Positions 19,113 to 29,488 are shown, numbered from the stretch's first letter. The stretch: 64,000 bases of DNA from Acidobacteriota bacterium (GCA_022573225.1 JACZUI010000004.1:3381-67380); one strand, 5' to 3'. Program-made: numbers and translations. Notes: generated by a model not told the origin, from the sequence alone.

Positions 19113-20500
19113 AAAATCTCCCTACCGATAGTGAGACCGATCGCGGCCGCCTGGCCAGCAGTCGGTTCGGCACAACAGAACCAGCTCTCGGTCAAGTGAG
19201 GAACCGGGCCGGTCGACGGGGGCATCGGGCCTAGATCGACACCCACAGCCCGACCGATCGCCTCGCGCATCAGACCAAGCGTGGTCAGGGCCTCTGCACC
19301 GCAATCGGAGCCTGCCGCGGCAAGGGCGTCCAGCTCCTTGTGGAGCACTTCGGCCTCCGGATCCGCGAAAGCCCACTCCCAGGTCAGCGAGGTCGGCTCA
19401 TACCGGGCGAGATGGGGAGCGACCGCGGTGTGGTTCTCGAGCAAAGACCCCTCCGGGATCAGGAGCTTGATCGCCAGTTGAACCGGGTCGGTTGCCTCCC
19501 ACAGCGACATCTCATCCAAGAAGCGCACCAGTTCGACCATGTCATCGGGCGTGGTCCATGGGAAGAACGGGAGCCACGTCGGGCGGACAAAGACCTCGGC
19601 CGCTCTGAGAAGTCCGACCGCAGCCCGCATATCGGCCACGGTGTGGTTCTTGTCGAGGATCTCCAGGGTCGTCTCCTCGACCGTCTCGAATGCGCTCACC
19701 ACGAATAGCAATCCCAGCTCGGACAACTCCGGCCAGAGGTCGGGATGCTGAAGAATGTGCGACACCTTGACGGTGGCATCGAAGGTCAGATCCGGGTGAC
19801 GAAGGTGCGCTTGACGCAACAAGTCGGTCGAGTATCGGGGGGCATTGAGAAAATCGGGGTCGCCAAAGGTGACGTGTTGCACTCCGGCATCGACCAACTG
19901 ATCGATGTCGGCGATAACCGCCTCGGCGCCGACGACACGCATCCGCCCGTCGTAAAGCACCGGTATCGGACAATGCCGACACCGGTGACGGCACCCGTGC
20001 GATGCCTCGACGGCACCCACCAGACGAGCCTCGCCCTCCCACTCGAGACGGGCGTACTCAGATAGTGGGGGAAGTGTCGATCGGTCGGGAGCAAGGAAGT
20101 CGGTCTTGCCGATGTCGACCACAAGCCTGCTGTCCCGACTCAGCGACGACGCCCACTCCACGAGCTCCGATTCGTATTCGCCTGCGACGAGCCGGTCGAC
20201 GACGGCACCGAGAGTGTGCTCCTGGCCGACTGCGGCGTAGAGGCCATAGAACGCGATAGGAAGTTTGGGGTGGACAGATCTGATCTGAGATGCGATGCCG
20301 ATTGCGAGACGCATTGCGGTATGCATCGGCACAGAAACCGCCACACCATCGAAGTAGCCGAGGGAAACGGAGCCGAGATCCTCGACAGCCGTGTCGATTG
20401 TGGACACTTCATGTCCGGCAGCTCGCAGCGCGGCCGCCGGGGAGGCCAGGTGAAACGGCTGCCGACCCAGCTCATAGGTCGAGATGAGAAGGAGGTGCAC
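19109..20500 (-). CDS. CUAEP/CCAEP-tail (B12-binding-like) radical SAM protein, Cys variant
   Basis: CRHRCRHC radical SAM motif; N-terminal LISTYELG..P; C-terminal ESWFCCAEPT. Confidence 0.85.
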   Translation of the reverse strand: MHLLLISTYELGRQPFHLASPAAALRAAGHEVSTIDTAVEDLGSVSLGYFDGVAVSVPMHTAMRLAIGIASQIRSVHPKLPIAFYGLYAAVGQEHTLGAVVDRLVAGEYESELVEWASSLSRDSRLVVDIGKTDFLAPDRSTLPPLSEYARLEWEGEARLVGAVEASHGCRHRCRHCPIPVLYDGRMRVVGAEAVIADIDQLVDAGVQHVTFGDPDFLNAPRYSTDLLRQAHLRHPDLTFDATVKVSHILQHPDLWPELSELGLLFVVSAFETVEETTLEILDKNHTVADMRAAVGLLRAAEVFVRPTWLPFFPWTTPDDMVELVRFLDEMSLWEATDPVQLAIKLLIPEGSLLENHTAVAPHLARYEPTSLTWEWAFADPEAEVLHKELDALAAAGSDCGAEALTTLGLMREAIGRAVGVDLGPMPPSTGPVPHLTESWFCCAEPTAGQAAAIGLTIGREIF

Positions 20501-20539
20501 GTCGAAAGTGTAAGAACTGCCGCGCGGTAGCCTCGAATC

Positions 20540-21424
20540 GTGAAGAGCTACAAGCAGACAGCGTTTGGCCCCACCCATTTCGTCGACCACGGAGGGGCGG
20601 GACCGACCACGGTGCTCGTACACGGCCTCGGTGGTTCGACGACAAACTGGAACGCCGTCGCCCCCCGCCTGGCCAACCGGTCCCACGTCGTTGCGATGGA
20701 TCTCCCGGGGTTCGGCCTCACTCCCCCGGGCCATGACTTCAAGCTGACGACCCACCAGGCGGCCCTAGAAGCATTCATTGAGACGCTGGAAACACCGGTG
20801 ACACTGATCGGGAACTCGACAGGAGGCCTCATCTCGGAGATGGTCGCCGCCACCCGGCCCGAGTTGGTGAGTCGTTTGATCCTCATTTCCCCGGCCACCC
20901 CATGGGTGTTCCCCGACGACCGACTCGACTGGCCAACCGTTTACCGGCTCCTCATACAGGCAACTCCTCTCATCGGAGCCGCATACGGCCGGTACATGTT
21001 GCGTCGCTACACCCCTGAGGAACTGGTCAGGCTTGGATTCCAGTCGGTCGCATACAAAGCCGGGCGTGTGCCATTGGAGATCGTCGAAGACACCATCGAC
21101 CTCCACCGCGTCAGACGACATCTCCCCTGGGCGACCAGGGCCACCAACCGGACTGCGACGTCCGTAGCTCTCCTATACGCCCGGAAGGGCGAGTTCGCCA
21201 GGATGGTTCGCCAGATCGAGGCGCCGACACTGGTGCTCCAGGGGCTGGAAGACCACATCATCTCTCCCACAGCGGTCGAGTGGTTGTGCTCGCTGCGCCC
21301 CGAGTGGATGCTCATTCAGATGGATGACACCGGCCATACCCCCCAACTGGATGCTCCCCTTCGCACCGTTGGGATCATCGAGGAGTGGCTCGCCGCATCC
21401 GATCCGGTATCGCTCGGAGCCTGA
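20540..21424 (+). CDS. Alpha/beta hydrolase
   Basis: HGLGG, DLPGFG, GNSTGG nucleophile elbow, D and GH catalytic residues. Confidence 0.9.
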   Translation: MKSYKQTAFGPTHFVDHGGAGPTTVLVHGLGGSTTNWNAVAPRLANRSHVVAMDLPGFGLTPPGHDFKLTTHQAALEAFIETLETPVTLIGNSTGGLISEMVAATRPELVSRLILISPATPWVFPDDRLDWPTVYRLLIQATPLIGAAYGRYMLRRYTPEELVRLGFQSVAYKAGRVPLEIVEDTIDLHRVRRHLPWATRATNRTATSVALLYARKGEFARMVRQIEAPTLVLQGLEDHIISPTAVEWLCSLRPEWMLIQMDDTGHTPQLDAPLRTVGIIEEWLAASDPVSLGA

Positions 21425-21451
21425 ACCGGGACCCTCACTAGGATCGACGCG

Positions 21452-24175
21452 ATGTCAGCCGACCTCGGGAAGACACTCGGGGACGAGTACGTCCATCAGC
21501 TACCCGACAGTGATCCTGTAGAGACCAAGGAATGGATCGAGTCTCTGGACGGGGTTGTTGCCGAGTACGGGCCGGATCGTGCCCGGTTCCTGGTAGCCAA
21601 GCTGATCGAGAGGGCGCACGAGACCAGTCTCGGCGTGCCCGGCGCTGTGACGACCCCGTACATCAACTCCATTCCGCCCGAGGAGGAGCCGGAGTTCCCC
21701 GGCGACGAAGACATCGAGAGGCGCATCCGCCGTTTCATTCGATGGAACGCAGCCGTCATGGTGATCAAGGCGAACCACCGCGAGAAGGGAATCGGTGGCC
21801 ACCTCTCGACCTTCGCTTCGTCGGCCACCCTGTATGAGATCGGCTTCAACCATTTCTTCCGCGGGAAGAATGCCCCCGGTGGGGGGGACCACATATATTT
21901 CCAGGGCCACGCCGCCCCCGGCGTGTATGCCCGCGCCTATCTCGAGGGCCGGTTCGACGAGAAGCATCTCGACAACTTCAGGTTCGAGATCGACGGAGAC
22001 GGGCTTTCGTCCTACCCGCACCCGCGTCTCATGCCCGACTTCTGGGAATTCCCCACTGTCTCCATGGGCATCGGCCCGATCAACTCGATCTATCACGCTC
22101 GGTTCAACAAATACCTGGCCAACCGCGGACTTGACGACACATCCAACTCGAACGTCTGGTGCTTCATCGGCGACGGCGAAACCGACGAGCCGGAGACCCT
22201 CGGGGCGATATCGCTGGCAAGCCGGGAACGCCTCGACAACCTCATTTGGGTGATCAACTGCAACCTTCAGCGACTCGACGGGCCTGTCCGAGGGAACAGT
22301 CAGATCATCACGGAGCTGGAGGCCGTCTTCCGCGGTGCCGGATGGAATGTCATCAAGGTCATCTGGGGAGGCGGTTGGGACGCGCTTCTGGCCCGGGACC
22401 ACGAAGGCGCCCTCGTCAACGTGATGAACACAACGGTCGACGGCGAGTACCAACGTTATAAGGTTGAAGACGGCGGTTACGTGCGTGATCACTTCTTTGG
22501 CAAGGATCCCCGCACCAAAGAAATGGTTGCCGACATGTCCGACGCCGAGATTTGGGCTCTGCGCAGGGGTGGACTCGATTTTCGCAAGGTCTATGCGGCA
22601 TACAAAGTGGCCACCGAACTCGACAACGGCAAGCCCACGGTCATCCTTGCCAAGACGATCAAGGGATGGACTCTCGGTCCCGACGTCGAAGGACGCAACG
22701 CCACCCACCAGATCAAAGAGATGACCAACAAGCAGCTGATGGATCTTCGGGCAACTCTGCACCTCGAGAACGAGATCTCCGTCGAGTCTCTCGAAGGTGA
22801 CAAAGAGCCCCCCTATTACCGGCCCGGGCCGGGCACACCTGAGCTCGAATACCTCAAGGCGCGTCGCGACTCCCTGGGAGGGCCCGTTCCAAGCCGCATA
22901 GTTACCGAAATGTCGACGCCCCTCCCCGACAAAGACGCCTATTCGGAGATCTACGCCGGATCCGGAAAGGTGGAGGCCTCCACCACCTCGGCATTCACCC
23001 GGCTGTTGCGCAACCTGGCCAGAGCTGATGGGTTTGGCGAGAGAATTGTGCCCATCGTTCCCGACGAGGCGAGAACGTTCGGTATGGACTCACTGTTTCG
23101 CGAGCTCAAGATCTATGCCAGCCAGGGCCAGCTCTACGAGCCTGTTGATGCATCGATGCTTCTGTCCTACGCCGAGAGCCAGGACGGCCAAATCCTCGAA
23201 GAGGGAATAACCGAAGCCGGCTCCCTGGCATCCTGGATTGCGGCGGCCACGTCTTATGCCACTCGTGGCGTGCCGATGATCCCCTTCTTCATCTTCTACT
23301 CGATGTTCGGATTCCAGCGGGTGGGAGACCTGATCTGGTCGGCGGCGGACTCGCGGGCTCGAGGCTTCCTTCTTGGCGCGACCGCGGGTAGAACAACCCT
23401 TCAAGGCGAGGGACTTCAACACCAGGACGGACACAGTCTCGTCCTTGCCGGCACGGTCCCTGTCTGTCAGACGTACGACCCAGCATTTGCCTACGAGGTG
23501 GGCACCGTCGTGGAGGATGGTCTCAAACGGATGTACGGGTCCAACCCCGAGGACATTTTCTATTACCTCACGCTCTACAACGAGAACTACAGCCAGCCAG
23601 CCCGGCCCGAGGGTGCCGAACGAGGCATCATCGAAGGCCTTTACAAATGGCAGGATGCGCCTGAGACATCCGGCCCGGCGGCTGCGATCCTCTTTTCCGG
23701 CTCGGCCAACCTCGCCGCCCGGGAGGCCGTCACTGAGCTGGCCGCGCATTACGAGATCGGGGCCGAGTTGTGGTCGGTTACCTCGTACAAGAACCTCAGA
23801 GAGGAAGCACTTTCTGCCGACCGGTGGAACCGGCTCCACCCGAATGAGCCCCCGCGAGTCCCTCTTGTCACTGAAAGGCTGTCGAAGGCTCCCCGGCCCA
23901 AGATTGCGGTGACCGACTTCATGACCCTGGTTCCTGATCAGGTGTCCCGCTGGATCCCGGGGACCTATGTCATCCTGGGCACAGACGGATTTGGACGTTC
24001 CGACTCACGATCTGCCCTGCGCCGCTTCTTCGAGACCGACACAGGAAACGTCGTGGTGGCCACCCTCTCCGCCCTCGCCAACGATGGCGCAGTGACTCGA
24101 TCCGTGGTCGATGACGCCCTCGATCGCTATGGAATCGACCCCGATCGACCAGATCCGGCCACTCAGCACCGATGA
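21452..24175 (+). CDS. aceE: Pyruvate dehydrogenase E1, homodimeric type
   Basis: GGHLSTFAS, SSYPHP, TVSMGIGP, GDGETDEPE..NCNLQRLDGPV, GEGLQHQDG. Confidence 0.96.
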   Translation: MSADLGKTLGDEYVHQLPDSDPVETKEWIESLDGVVAEYGPDRARFLVAKLIERAHETSLGVPGAVTTPYINSIPPEEEPEFPGDEDIERRIRRFIRWNAAVMVIKANHREKGIGGHLSTFASSATLYEIGFNHFFRGKNAPGGGDHIYFQGHAAPGVYARAYLEGRFDEKHLDNFRFEIDGDGLSSYPHPRLMPDFWEFPTVSMGIGPINSIYHARFNKYLANRGLDDTSNSNVWCFIGDGETDEPETLGAISLASRERLDNLIWVINCNLQRLDGPVRGNSQIITELEAVFRGAGWNVIKVIWGGGWDALLARDHEGALVNVMNTTVDGEYQRYKVEDGGYVRDHFFGKDPRTKEMVADMSDAEIWALRRGGLDFRKVYAAYKVATELDNGKPTVILAKTIKGWTLGPDVEGRNATHQIKEMTNKQLMDLRATLHLENEISVESLEGDKEPPYYRPGPGTPELEYLKARRDSLGGPVPSRIVTEMSTPLPDKDAYSEIYAGSGKVEASTTSAFTRLLRNLARADGFGERIVPIVPDEARTFGMDSLFRELKIYASQGQLYEPVDASMLLSYAESQDGQILEEGITEAGSLASWIAAATSYATRGVPMIPFFIFYSMFGFQRVGDLIWSAADSRARGFLLGATAGRTTLQGEGLQHQDGHSLVLAGTVPVCQTYDPAFAYEVGTVVEDGLKRMYGSNPEDIFYYLTLYNENYSQPARPEGAERGIIEGLYKWQDAPETSGPAAAILFSGSANLAAREAVTELAAHYEIGAELWSVTSYKNLREEALSADRWNRLHPNEPPRVPLVTERLSKAPRPKIAVTDFMTLVPDQVSRWIPGTYVILGTDGFGRSDSRSALRRFFETDTGNVVVATLSALANDGAVTRSVVDDALDRYGIDPDRPDPATQHR

Positions 24176-25353
24176 CCGGCTACCGCGATCTCGTGGAGGC
24201 GGCAAGAGCCAGGATCGATGAGATCGACCCCGCCGACCTAGAGACTGCATTGGGCTCGGTAACGGTCATCGATGTCAGAGAGGCCGACGAGTATGACCAG
24301 GGGGCCGTCCCTGGAGCGCGGCTGGTACCAAGAGGCCTCTTGGAGCGTGATGTGGCCGGTCTGGTCCCGGATAGATCGACCGCGATAGTCGTGTATTGCG
24401 CCAGTGGATCTCGGTCTGTGCTGGCCGCGGCCAGCCTCCAGGAGATGGGATATGGGAACGTGGCGTCGCTGGTTGGCGGCTTCGAGCGTTGGAAGTCCGA
24501 AGGCCGAGCCTGGAAGACCGGAGAAGGGCTCACCTCCGACCAACGGAATCGCTACTCGCGCCATGTCCTTCTTCCTGAAGTCGGAGAGGCAGGTCAGACC
24601 AAGTTGCTCGAATCAAGGGTTCTGATGATCGGCGCCGGAGGCCTCGGCTCCCCCGCTGCCATCTATCTGGCCGCGGCCGGCGTCGGAACCATCGGGGTCG
24701 TCGACGACGACGTGGTCGACTCCACCAATCTTCAACGTCAGATTCTCCACAACCTCGACCGGATCGGAATGCACAAGACCGACTCCGCCAGGGAGACTCT
24801 CACGGCTCTCAACCCAGACGTGAAGGTAGTCACCCACACCGAGCGGCTCTCTGCCGAGAACGCCATTGAGGTCATGTCGGGGTACGACGTCGTTGTGGAT
24901 GGCGGAGACAACTTCCCCACCCGGTACCTCGTCAATGACGCTTCGCTGCATCTCAGAGTCCCTGTCGTTCATGGTGCGATTTTCCGGTTCGAGGGACAGG
25001 CATCGGTGTTCCATCCCTACGAAGGGCCCTGCTATCGATGCCTCTTCCCCGAGCCGCCCCCACCGGAGTTGGCGCCGTCGTGCGCCGAGGCAGGTGTGTT
25101 TGGGGTTCTACCCGGAGTCATCGGCTCGATAGAAGCCGTGGAGGCAATCAAGATCCTCCTGGGGATCGGGGAGACGCTGGTCGGACGGCTGATGATCTAC
25201 GACGCCCTCGATCAGGAGTTCAACACGTTCAAGATCGACCGCGACCCGGAGTGCGCGGCCTGTGGCGACCCGGAGAGGCCGCCAAGAATCGTCCAATACG
25301 ACGACCTGTGTCTTCCAAGCGGGAATGTTGAAAGATCCACTGCGTCTGCCTGA
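24172..25353 (+). CDS. moeB: MoeB/MoeZ sulfur-carrier adenylyltransferase with N-terminal rhodanese domain
   Basis: Rhodanese YCASGSRS; RYSRH, GAGGLG, NLQRQ, CYRC, SCAEAGV, CAAC. Confidence 0.92.
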   Translation: MTGYRDLVEAARARIDEIDPADLETALGSVTVIDVREADEYDQGAVPGARLVPRGLLERDVAGLVPDRSTAIVVYCASGSRSVLAAASLQEMGYGNVASLVGGFERWKSEGRAWKTGEGLTSDQRNRYSRHVLLPEVGEAGQTKLLESRVLMIGAGGLGSPAAIYLAAAGVGTIGVVDDDVVDSTNLQRQILHNLDRIGMHKTDSARETLTALNPDVKVVTHTERLSAENAIEVMSGYDVVVDGGDNFPTRYLVNDASLHLRVPVVHGAIFRFEGQASVFHPYEGPCYRCLFPEPPPPELAPSCAEAGVFGVLPGVIGSIEAVEAIKILLGIGETLVGRLMIYDALDQEFNTFKIDRDPECAACGDPERPPRIVQYDDLCLPSGNVERSTASA

Positions 25354-25717
25354 CGACATTCGCGAGGCAATCGTGGCCCACGCCGAGAACTGCGCCCCCA
25401 ACGAGTGTTGTGGCCTCCTCGCGTCGGACGACGCCGGACGGGTGCGCTTCGCCTATCCGCTGACCAACTGCCAGCCGTCACCACTGACATACACCGTTGA
25501 CCCTGACGAGCACTTTGCGGCGCTCCAGCACGCCGAAACACGGGGCTGGACCCTATCCGGCGCATTCCATTCCCACCCCAAGGGGCCGCCCACTCCGTCG
25601 GTGATCGATGTCCAGAAGGCGCTGGAGCCGGATTGGGTCTATCTCATCGTGGGCGACGGTGAACTGAGGGGATTCCGGATTCGCGACAGAGAGGCCGTGG
25701 AGGTCGAGCTGGTTTAG
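25325..25717 (+). CDS. mec: Mec-like JAB/M67 metallopeptidase
   Basis: PNECCGLL, HSHP..PS..D JAMM motif. Confidence 0.88.
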   Translation: MLKDPLRLPDDIREAIVAHAENCAPNECCGLLASDDAGRVRFAYPLTNCQPSPLTYTVDPDEHFAALQHAETRGWTLSGAFHSHPKGPPTPSVIDVQKALEPDWVYLIVGDGELRGFRIRDREAVEVELV

Positions 25718-25937
25718 AGCCTACCCACCGACCCGTCCCGAACTCCACCCACGGCTCAAAGCCCTGCTCTCTACCTAGGGGCAGCGGCCCCCGCAACTCC
25801 CCACAGTCGAGACGATGAAAGAACCCTTTCAACTACGCCAAATCCGAGATAGAGGCCCGTTTCGTCCTGTCCGAAATGCGGAAGGCGATATCTGGGCCCG
25901 GGCGAATCGGCCGAAGAAAGGCACATCTCGATCCTGA

Positions 25938-26675
25938 TCAGATGGTCAGTGACAAACCACCGTCAACCACCATGATTTCACCCGTGGTGTATGTGTTGGT
26001 GACCAGCGTCACCACGGCTAGGGCGATGTCGTCGGGCGTGGCCGATCGCCGCAGAGGCGCTTTGTTGGCCACCAACTCGTGCATCTCATCCCAGTCGGCG
26101 GTCCAGGGAGTGCTCACAAGACCCGGCGCCACGGCGTTGACTCGCACCGGCCCGCACGACTTCGCCAGCAGAACTGTCAACTGGTTGAGTGCGGCCTTGG
26201 TCATCGAGTAGGCGATTGAGCTTCCGATCGGCCGGACACCTGCGATCGAGGTGACATTGACCACGTTGCCATCCGGAGACTCCCTGAGATGCGGCATCGC
26301 AGCCTTGGTCAACCACCAGGTGCCAAACACATTGACATCGAACGTTCGGCGAAAGATCTCATCGGTGAGAGATTCCAGGTCTTCATGGGGCACAGGAGAG
26401 GTCCATCCCGCGTTGTTGACCAGGATGTCGAGCCGGCCAAAACGATGGAGGGCCGCATCGACAAGGGCGATGCCTTGAGCCTGTTCACTGATATCTGCCT
26501 GAACGTAGATCGAGTCGGTCGGGAGCGATTCGGCCACCGATTCACCGGCGGCGACCGATGATGCCGAGTTGACCACCACCTGAGCACCTGCATCGGCCAG
26601 CCGGCGCGCGGCTGCCTCCCCGATTCCGCTCGATGATCCTGTGACTATGGCGACCCTTCCTTCGAGTTCTGCCAC
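25938..26675 (-). CDS. Short-chain dehydrogenase/reductase
   Basis: TGSSSGIG, NNAG, YSMTK, VNAVAPG. Confidence 0.9.
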   Translation of the reverse strand: MAELEGRVAIVTGSSSGIGEAAARRLADAGAQVVVNSASSVAAGESVAESLPTDSIYVQADISEQAQGIALVDAALHRFGRLDILVNNAGWTSPVPHEDLESLTDEIFRRTFDVNVFGTWWLTKAAMPHLRESPDGNVVNVTSIAGVRPIGSSIAYSMTKAALNQLTVLLAKSCGPVRVNAVAPGLVSTPWTADWDEMHELVANKAPLRRSATPDDIALAVVTLVTNTYTTGEIMVVDGGLSLTI

Positions 26676-26911
26676 GTTCAAACACCCTTTCGCTGACTGT
26701 CGCCATGATGACAGACCCGCAGCCATCGCCTCACGATCGGCAAGCCAGTGTTGATGACGGTGGAACATGTAGCGGGCCCAGGTGAGGGAGGGTGCACTTT
26801 CGCCGGCTGTGACCTCGATCGGATAGTCGTAGTAGCGCCCGGCAATGCCGTTCCAGGCCACGATTGCATTGCGACCGACATCCCCGGTCCCGACGACCGA
26901 ACCCTCACGGC

Positions 26912-27292
26912 TTATTCGACAATGAGCACACCAGCCATCCCGCCGCCCTCGGCATTCCCGTGATAGGTGCAGAAGAAGGTGTATTCGCCGGCCTCGTTGT
27001 AGATGATGGCAGCCTCGTCGCCCTCGAACTGATCGAGGTTCCCGAACACATCCTCGGTGGACCATGCGTCATCGGCATCGACTGAGCTGTGAGAATTACG
27101 ACCCGCACCGACCCAGGTAACCGAGCCACCCACAGGGATTTTGATCTCGGTGAATTCGAAACGGTTGTCGAACATCTTCACTGTCACGTCGTCCCCTGCG
27201 ATGACCTCCCCGTCGGCTTCTCCATCGTCACCACCACAAGCCGCCAACACAACCGCCGCGATGAGGGCGACACCGAGAATCCTGGCCTTCAA
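26912..27292 (-). CDS. Cupredoxin (plastocyanin/azurin-like) lipoprotein
   Basis: Lipobox LAAC; NSH and CTYH...GM type-1 copper ligands. Confidence 0.85.
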   Translation of the reverse strand: MKARILGVALIAAVVLAACGGDDGEADGEVIAGDDVTVKMFDNRFEFTEIKIPVGGSVTWVGAGRNSHSSVDADDAWSTEDVFGNLDQFEGDEAAIIYNEAGEYTFFCTYHGNAEGGGMAGVLIVE

Positions 27293-27865
27293 CTAATCGC
27301 GACTCTTGAATAGCTTCTTGATCGAAGCCCACAGAGACGCAAAGAAGAGTGATAGGCCTCGGACCTCGGATGACTTGATCTCTGCAGCCTCTTCGCTGGT
27401 CCCGGCCTTGAGCTTTGCCTCCAAGCAGGACGCGAATTCCACGATGAGACGCTTCGACATTTCGTTGATGAGGCCAGTTCTGCCGAACTGGGCCGCGGGC
27501 CCTGACAGTGTCACGTCGGCCTCGATGCTGACCTTTGACCCCGCTTCTTTGCCTGACCCGACGTCTTCGGGTGTGATGACATAGACCACTTTCACCTGGC
27601 CCCGGGAGCCGCCCCGCTTGTCTACACCCTTGCCCTCGATTGTGGCCTTTCTGGCCTCCGGCTCAGGCGTGACTGTTGCCTTTCCCTCGAAGGCGGCCGA
27701 CATCGGGCCCAACTTCACCGTGAGCTTGCCGTCATATGTTCCATCGTCGGACTGACCAAGAAGCTCGGCGCCGGGTAGGCACTGGGCCACAGAGGGAACG
27801 TCCTGGAAGAGGTCCCAGACAACGTCCGGGCTACGCGCAACCACGAATTCCTGTTCGATTCTCAT
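27293..27865 (-). CDS. CoxG/SRPBCC family protein
   Basis: VAQCLPGA, VKLGPM, LSGPAAQFGR, amphipathic C-terminus. Confidence 0.85.
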   Translation of the reverse strand: MRIEQEFVVARSPDVVWDLFQDVPSVAQCLPGAELLGQSDDGTYDGKLTVKLGPMSAAFEGKATVTPEPEARKATIEGKGVDKRGGSRGQVKVVYVITPEDVGSGKEAGSKVSIEADVTLSGPAAQFGRTGLINEMSKRLIVEFASCLEAKLKAGTSEEAAEIKSSEVRGLSLFFASLWASIKKLFKSRD

Positions 27866-27947
27866 GAGTCTCCAGAGGTTTGTAGAAGGAAGCCAAGGAA
27901 CGGTAGTGAATCTAAGCGGATTTGGCCCAGGAGTCTGTCGAATAGTG

Positions 27948-28427
27948 CTAGGTGTGCTCGGTGTCGCCCGCAATCAGATCCAGGGCATGTGGTAGAAGAT
28001 CAACGATCGCCGCCAGCCCCTCCGAGGCGCCTTTGGGCGAACCCGGAAGATTCACAACCAGAGTGCTGCCGACCGTTCCCGCCCGGGCCCGGGACAGCGC
28101 CGCGTACTCGGTTGACTCCAGGCCCCTGGTCATCATGAGATGGGTCAGACCCGGTGCCTCCCGCTCGAGAACAACCGCTGTTGCTTCGGGCGTGACGTCG
28201 CGGGGCCCAAACCCGGTTCCGCCCGTCGTCAACACCAGGTCCTGGTGACCGACGGCGCCTTGAACGGCGGCAACGATCTCGCGTTGTTCATCCGGAACGA
28301 CAGCCCTCGATACACCGAATCCAGCCTCAATTAGTCGCTCTTCGAGAAGATTGCCCGAGACGTCTTCCCGCGTCCCGGCGTTCACCCCGTCGCTAACGGT
28401 GAGAACCAGGGCGACCCGGGAACTCAA
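27948..28427 (-). CDS. MogA/MoaB molybdopterin adenylyltransferase family
   Basis: [34 protein letters not shown]. Confidence 0.92.
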   Translation of the reverse strand: MSSRVALVLTVSDGVNAGTREDVSGNLLEERLIEAGFGVSRAVVPDEQREIVAAVQGAVGHQDLVLTTGGTGFGPRDVTPEATAVVLEREAPGLTHLMMTRGLESTEYAALSRARAGTVGSTLVVNLPGSPKGASEGLAAIVDLLPHALDLIAGDTEHT

Positions 28428-29266
28428 CCCCACTGGGTGGGATCTAACGACACCCCGCCCCTCAACACGAAGATCTCGAAGAGAAGGATGACAATAAGTG
28501 TGGCCGCCAGACCCCACGGCATGGCTGTATCACGGTGCTCCTCGGGTCCACGAACCGATGTCGTGCCCGGTGCCGCGGCAAGAGTCGCCAGGAATATGAC
28601 AGCCGTGAGCGGAAGCGTCGGCACCACACCGCTCCCCGCGTCCGGGATGAAAAACGGAATCGCGGCAAAGGCCGCAACGACGGCCGGGACCAAGGCGATC
28701 CACAGGACCATGGTGAACCGTTTCTTTCCGCTCGAAATGAGTCTGCGATGCGGGGTAAACACCAGGAATGCAGCAGCCGCGGACAGAGCCATCAGCAGGA
28801 GGCCGATTCCTCCCCCGGCGGCGATCACAACATCGAGCCCGGGTGGGGTCTCCAGAGTGTCGTAGGCAAGGGCGAGCTGGCTGTCCGCGGCGAATGGAAG
28901 TACCGCGGCCTGGGCGAAGGCCTGACGCAACACCTGCAACAGTGTCCACAACAACGTGAGCCTGGCTACGCCGTGCCCACGCGCTGTGGGGTAAGTGAAG
29001 AGAGCAAAAAAACCAACGAGGAGACAGAGGATGAAGCCGCCGGCATAGGCCATGTCCGTCGCACCGGTGAACTCCACCCTGTTGTTGAACAGAACCGCGT
29101 CACCGCCCAGGATCACAGCCAGCACGCCGTCACCGAGGTCGTCGAGAAACTGAGCGATAACGATGCCGAGCGTGGATCCGAGGGCGGACGCGATTATTAG
29201 CGTCGGGCCGATCCTCTTGAGTGTTTCGGTGGTCGACCCGCCGTTCGTCCCTACATCACTGGTCAC
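28424..29266 (-). CDS. Hypothetical multi-pass membrane protein
   Basis: About 7 hydrophobic segments; GTG start after TAGCAT; coupled to the mog-like gene. Confidence 0.7.
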   Translation of the reverse strand: MTSDVGTNGGSTTETLKRIGPTLIIASALGSTLGIVIAQFLDDLGDGVLAVILGGDAVLFNNRVEFTGATDMAYAGGFILCLLVGFFALFTYPTARGHGVARLTLLWTLLQVLRQAFAQAAVLPFAADSQLALAYDTLETPPGLDVVIAAGGGIGLLLMALSAAAAFLVFTPHRRLISSGKKRFTMVLWIALVPAVVAAFAAIPFFIPDAGSGVVPTLPLTAVIFLATLAAAPGTTSVRGPEEHRDTAMPWGLAATLIVILLFEIFVLRGGVSLDPTQWG

Positions 29267-29488
29267 GATGGGTGATGCTATACGAAGACGCGGCCGTTCC
29301 AATGGGCAAAGCCGGTCGATGACGAGAGGGAAGTTGGCGTGGGAGCGGACCGGTTCCTGGGCGGAGCCGGCCAGACCCTCTCTTTGGGCCGCATCCCGGA
29401 ACGCATCCCCCCTTGAACTGTCGGAAACACGACAAACGAGGCCCAACCGGGGAATCGCGGAGCCGGTCAATTTCGTTAACTCGGCTAG

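Noticed and set aside
25718-25937. 220-bp intergenic gap as a possible sRNA or MITE
   Set aside because: No clear terminal repeats, promoter, terminator or second copy in the window
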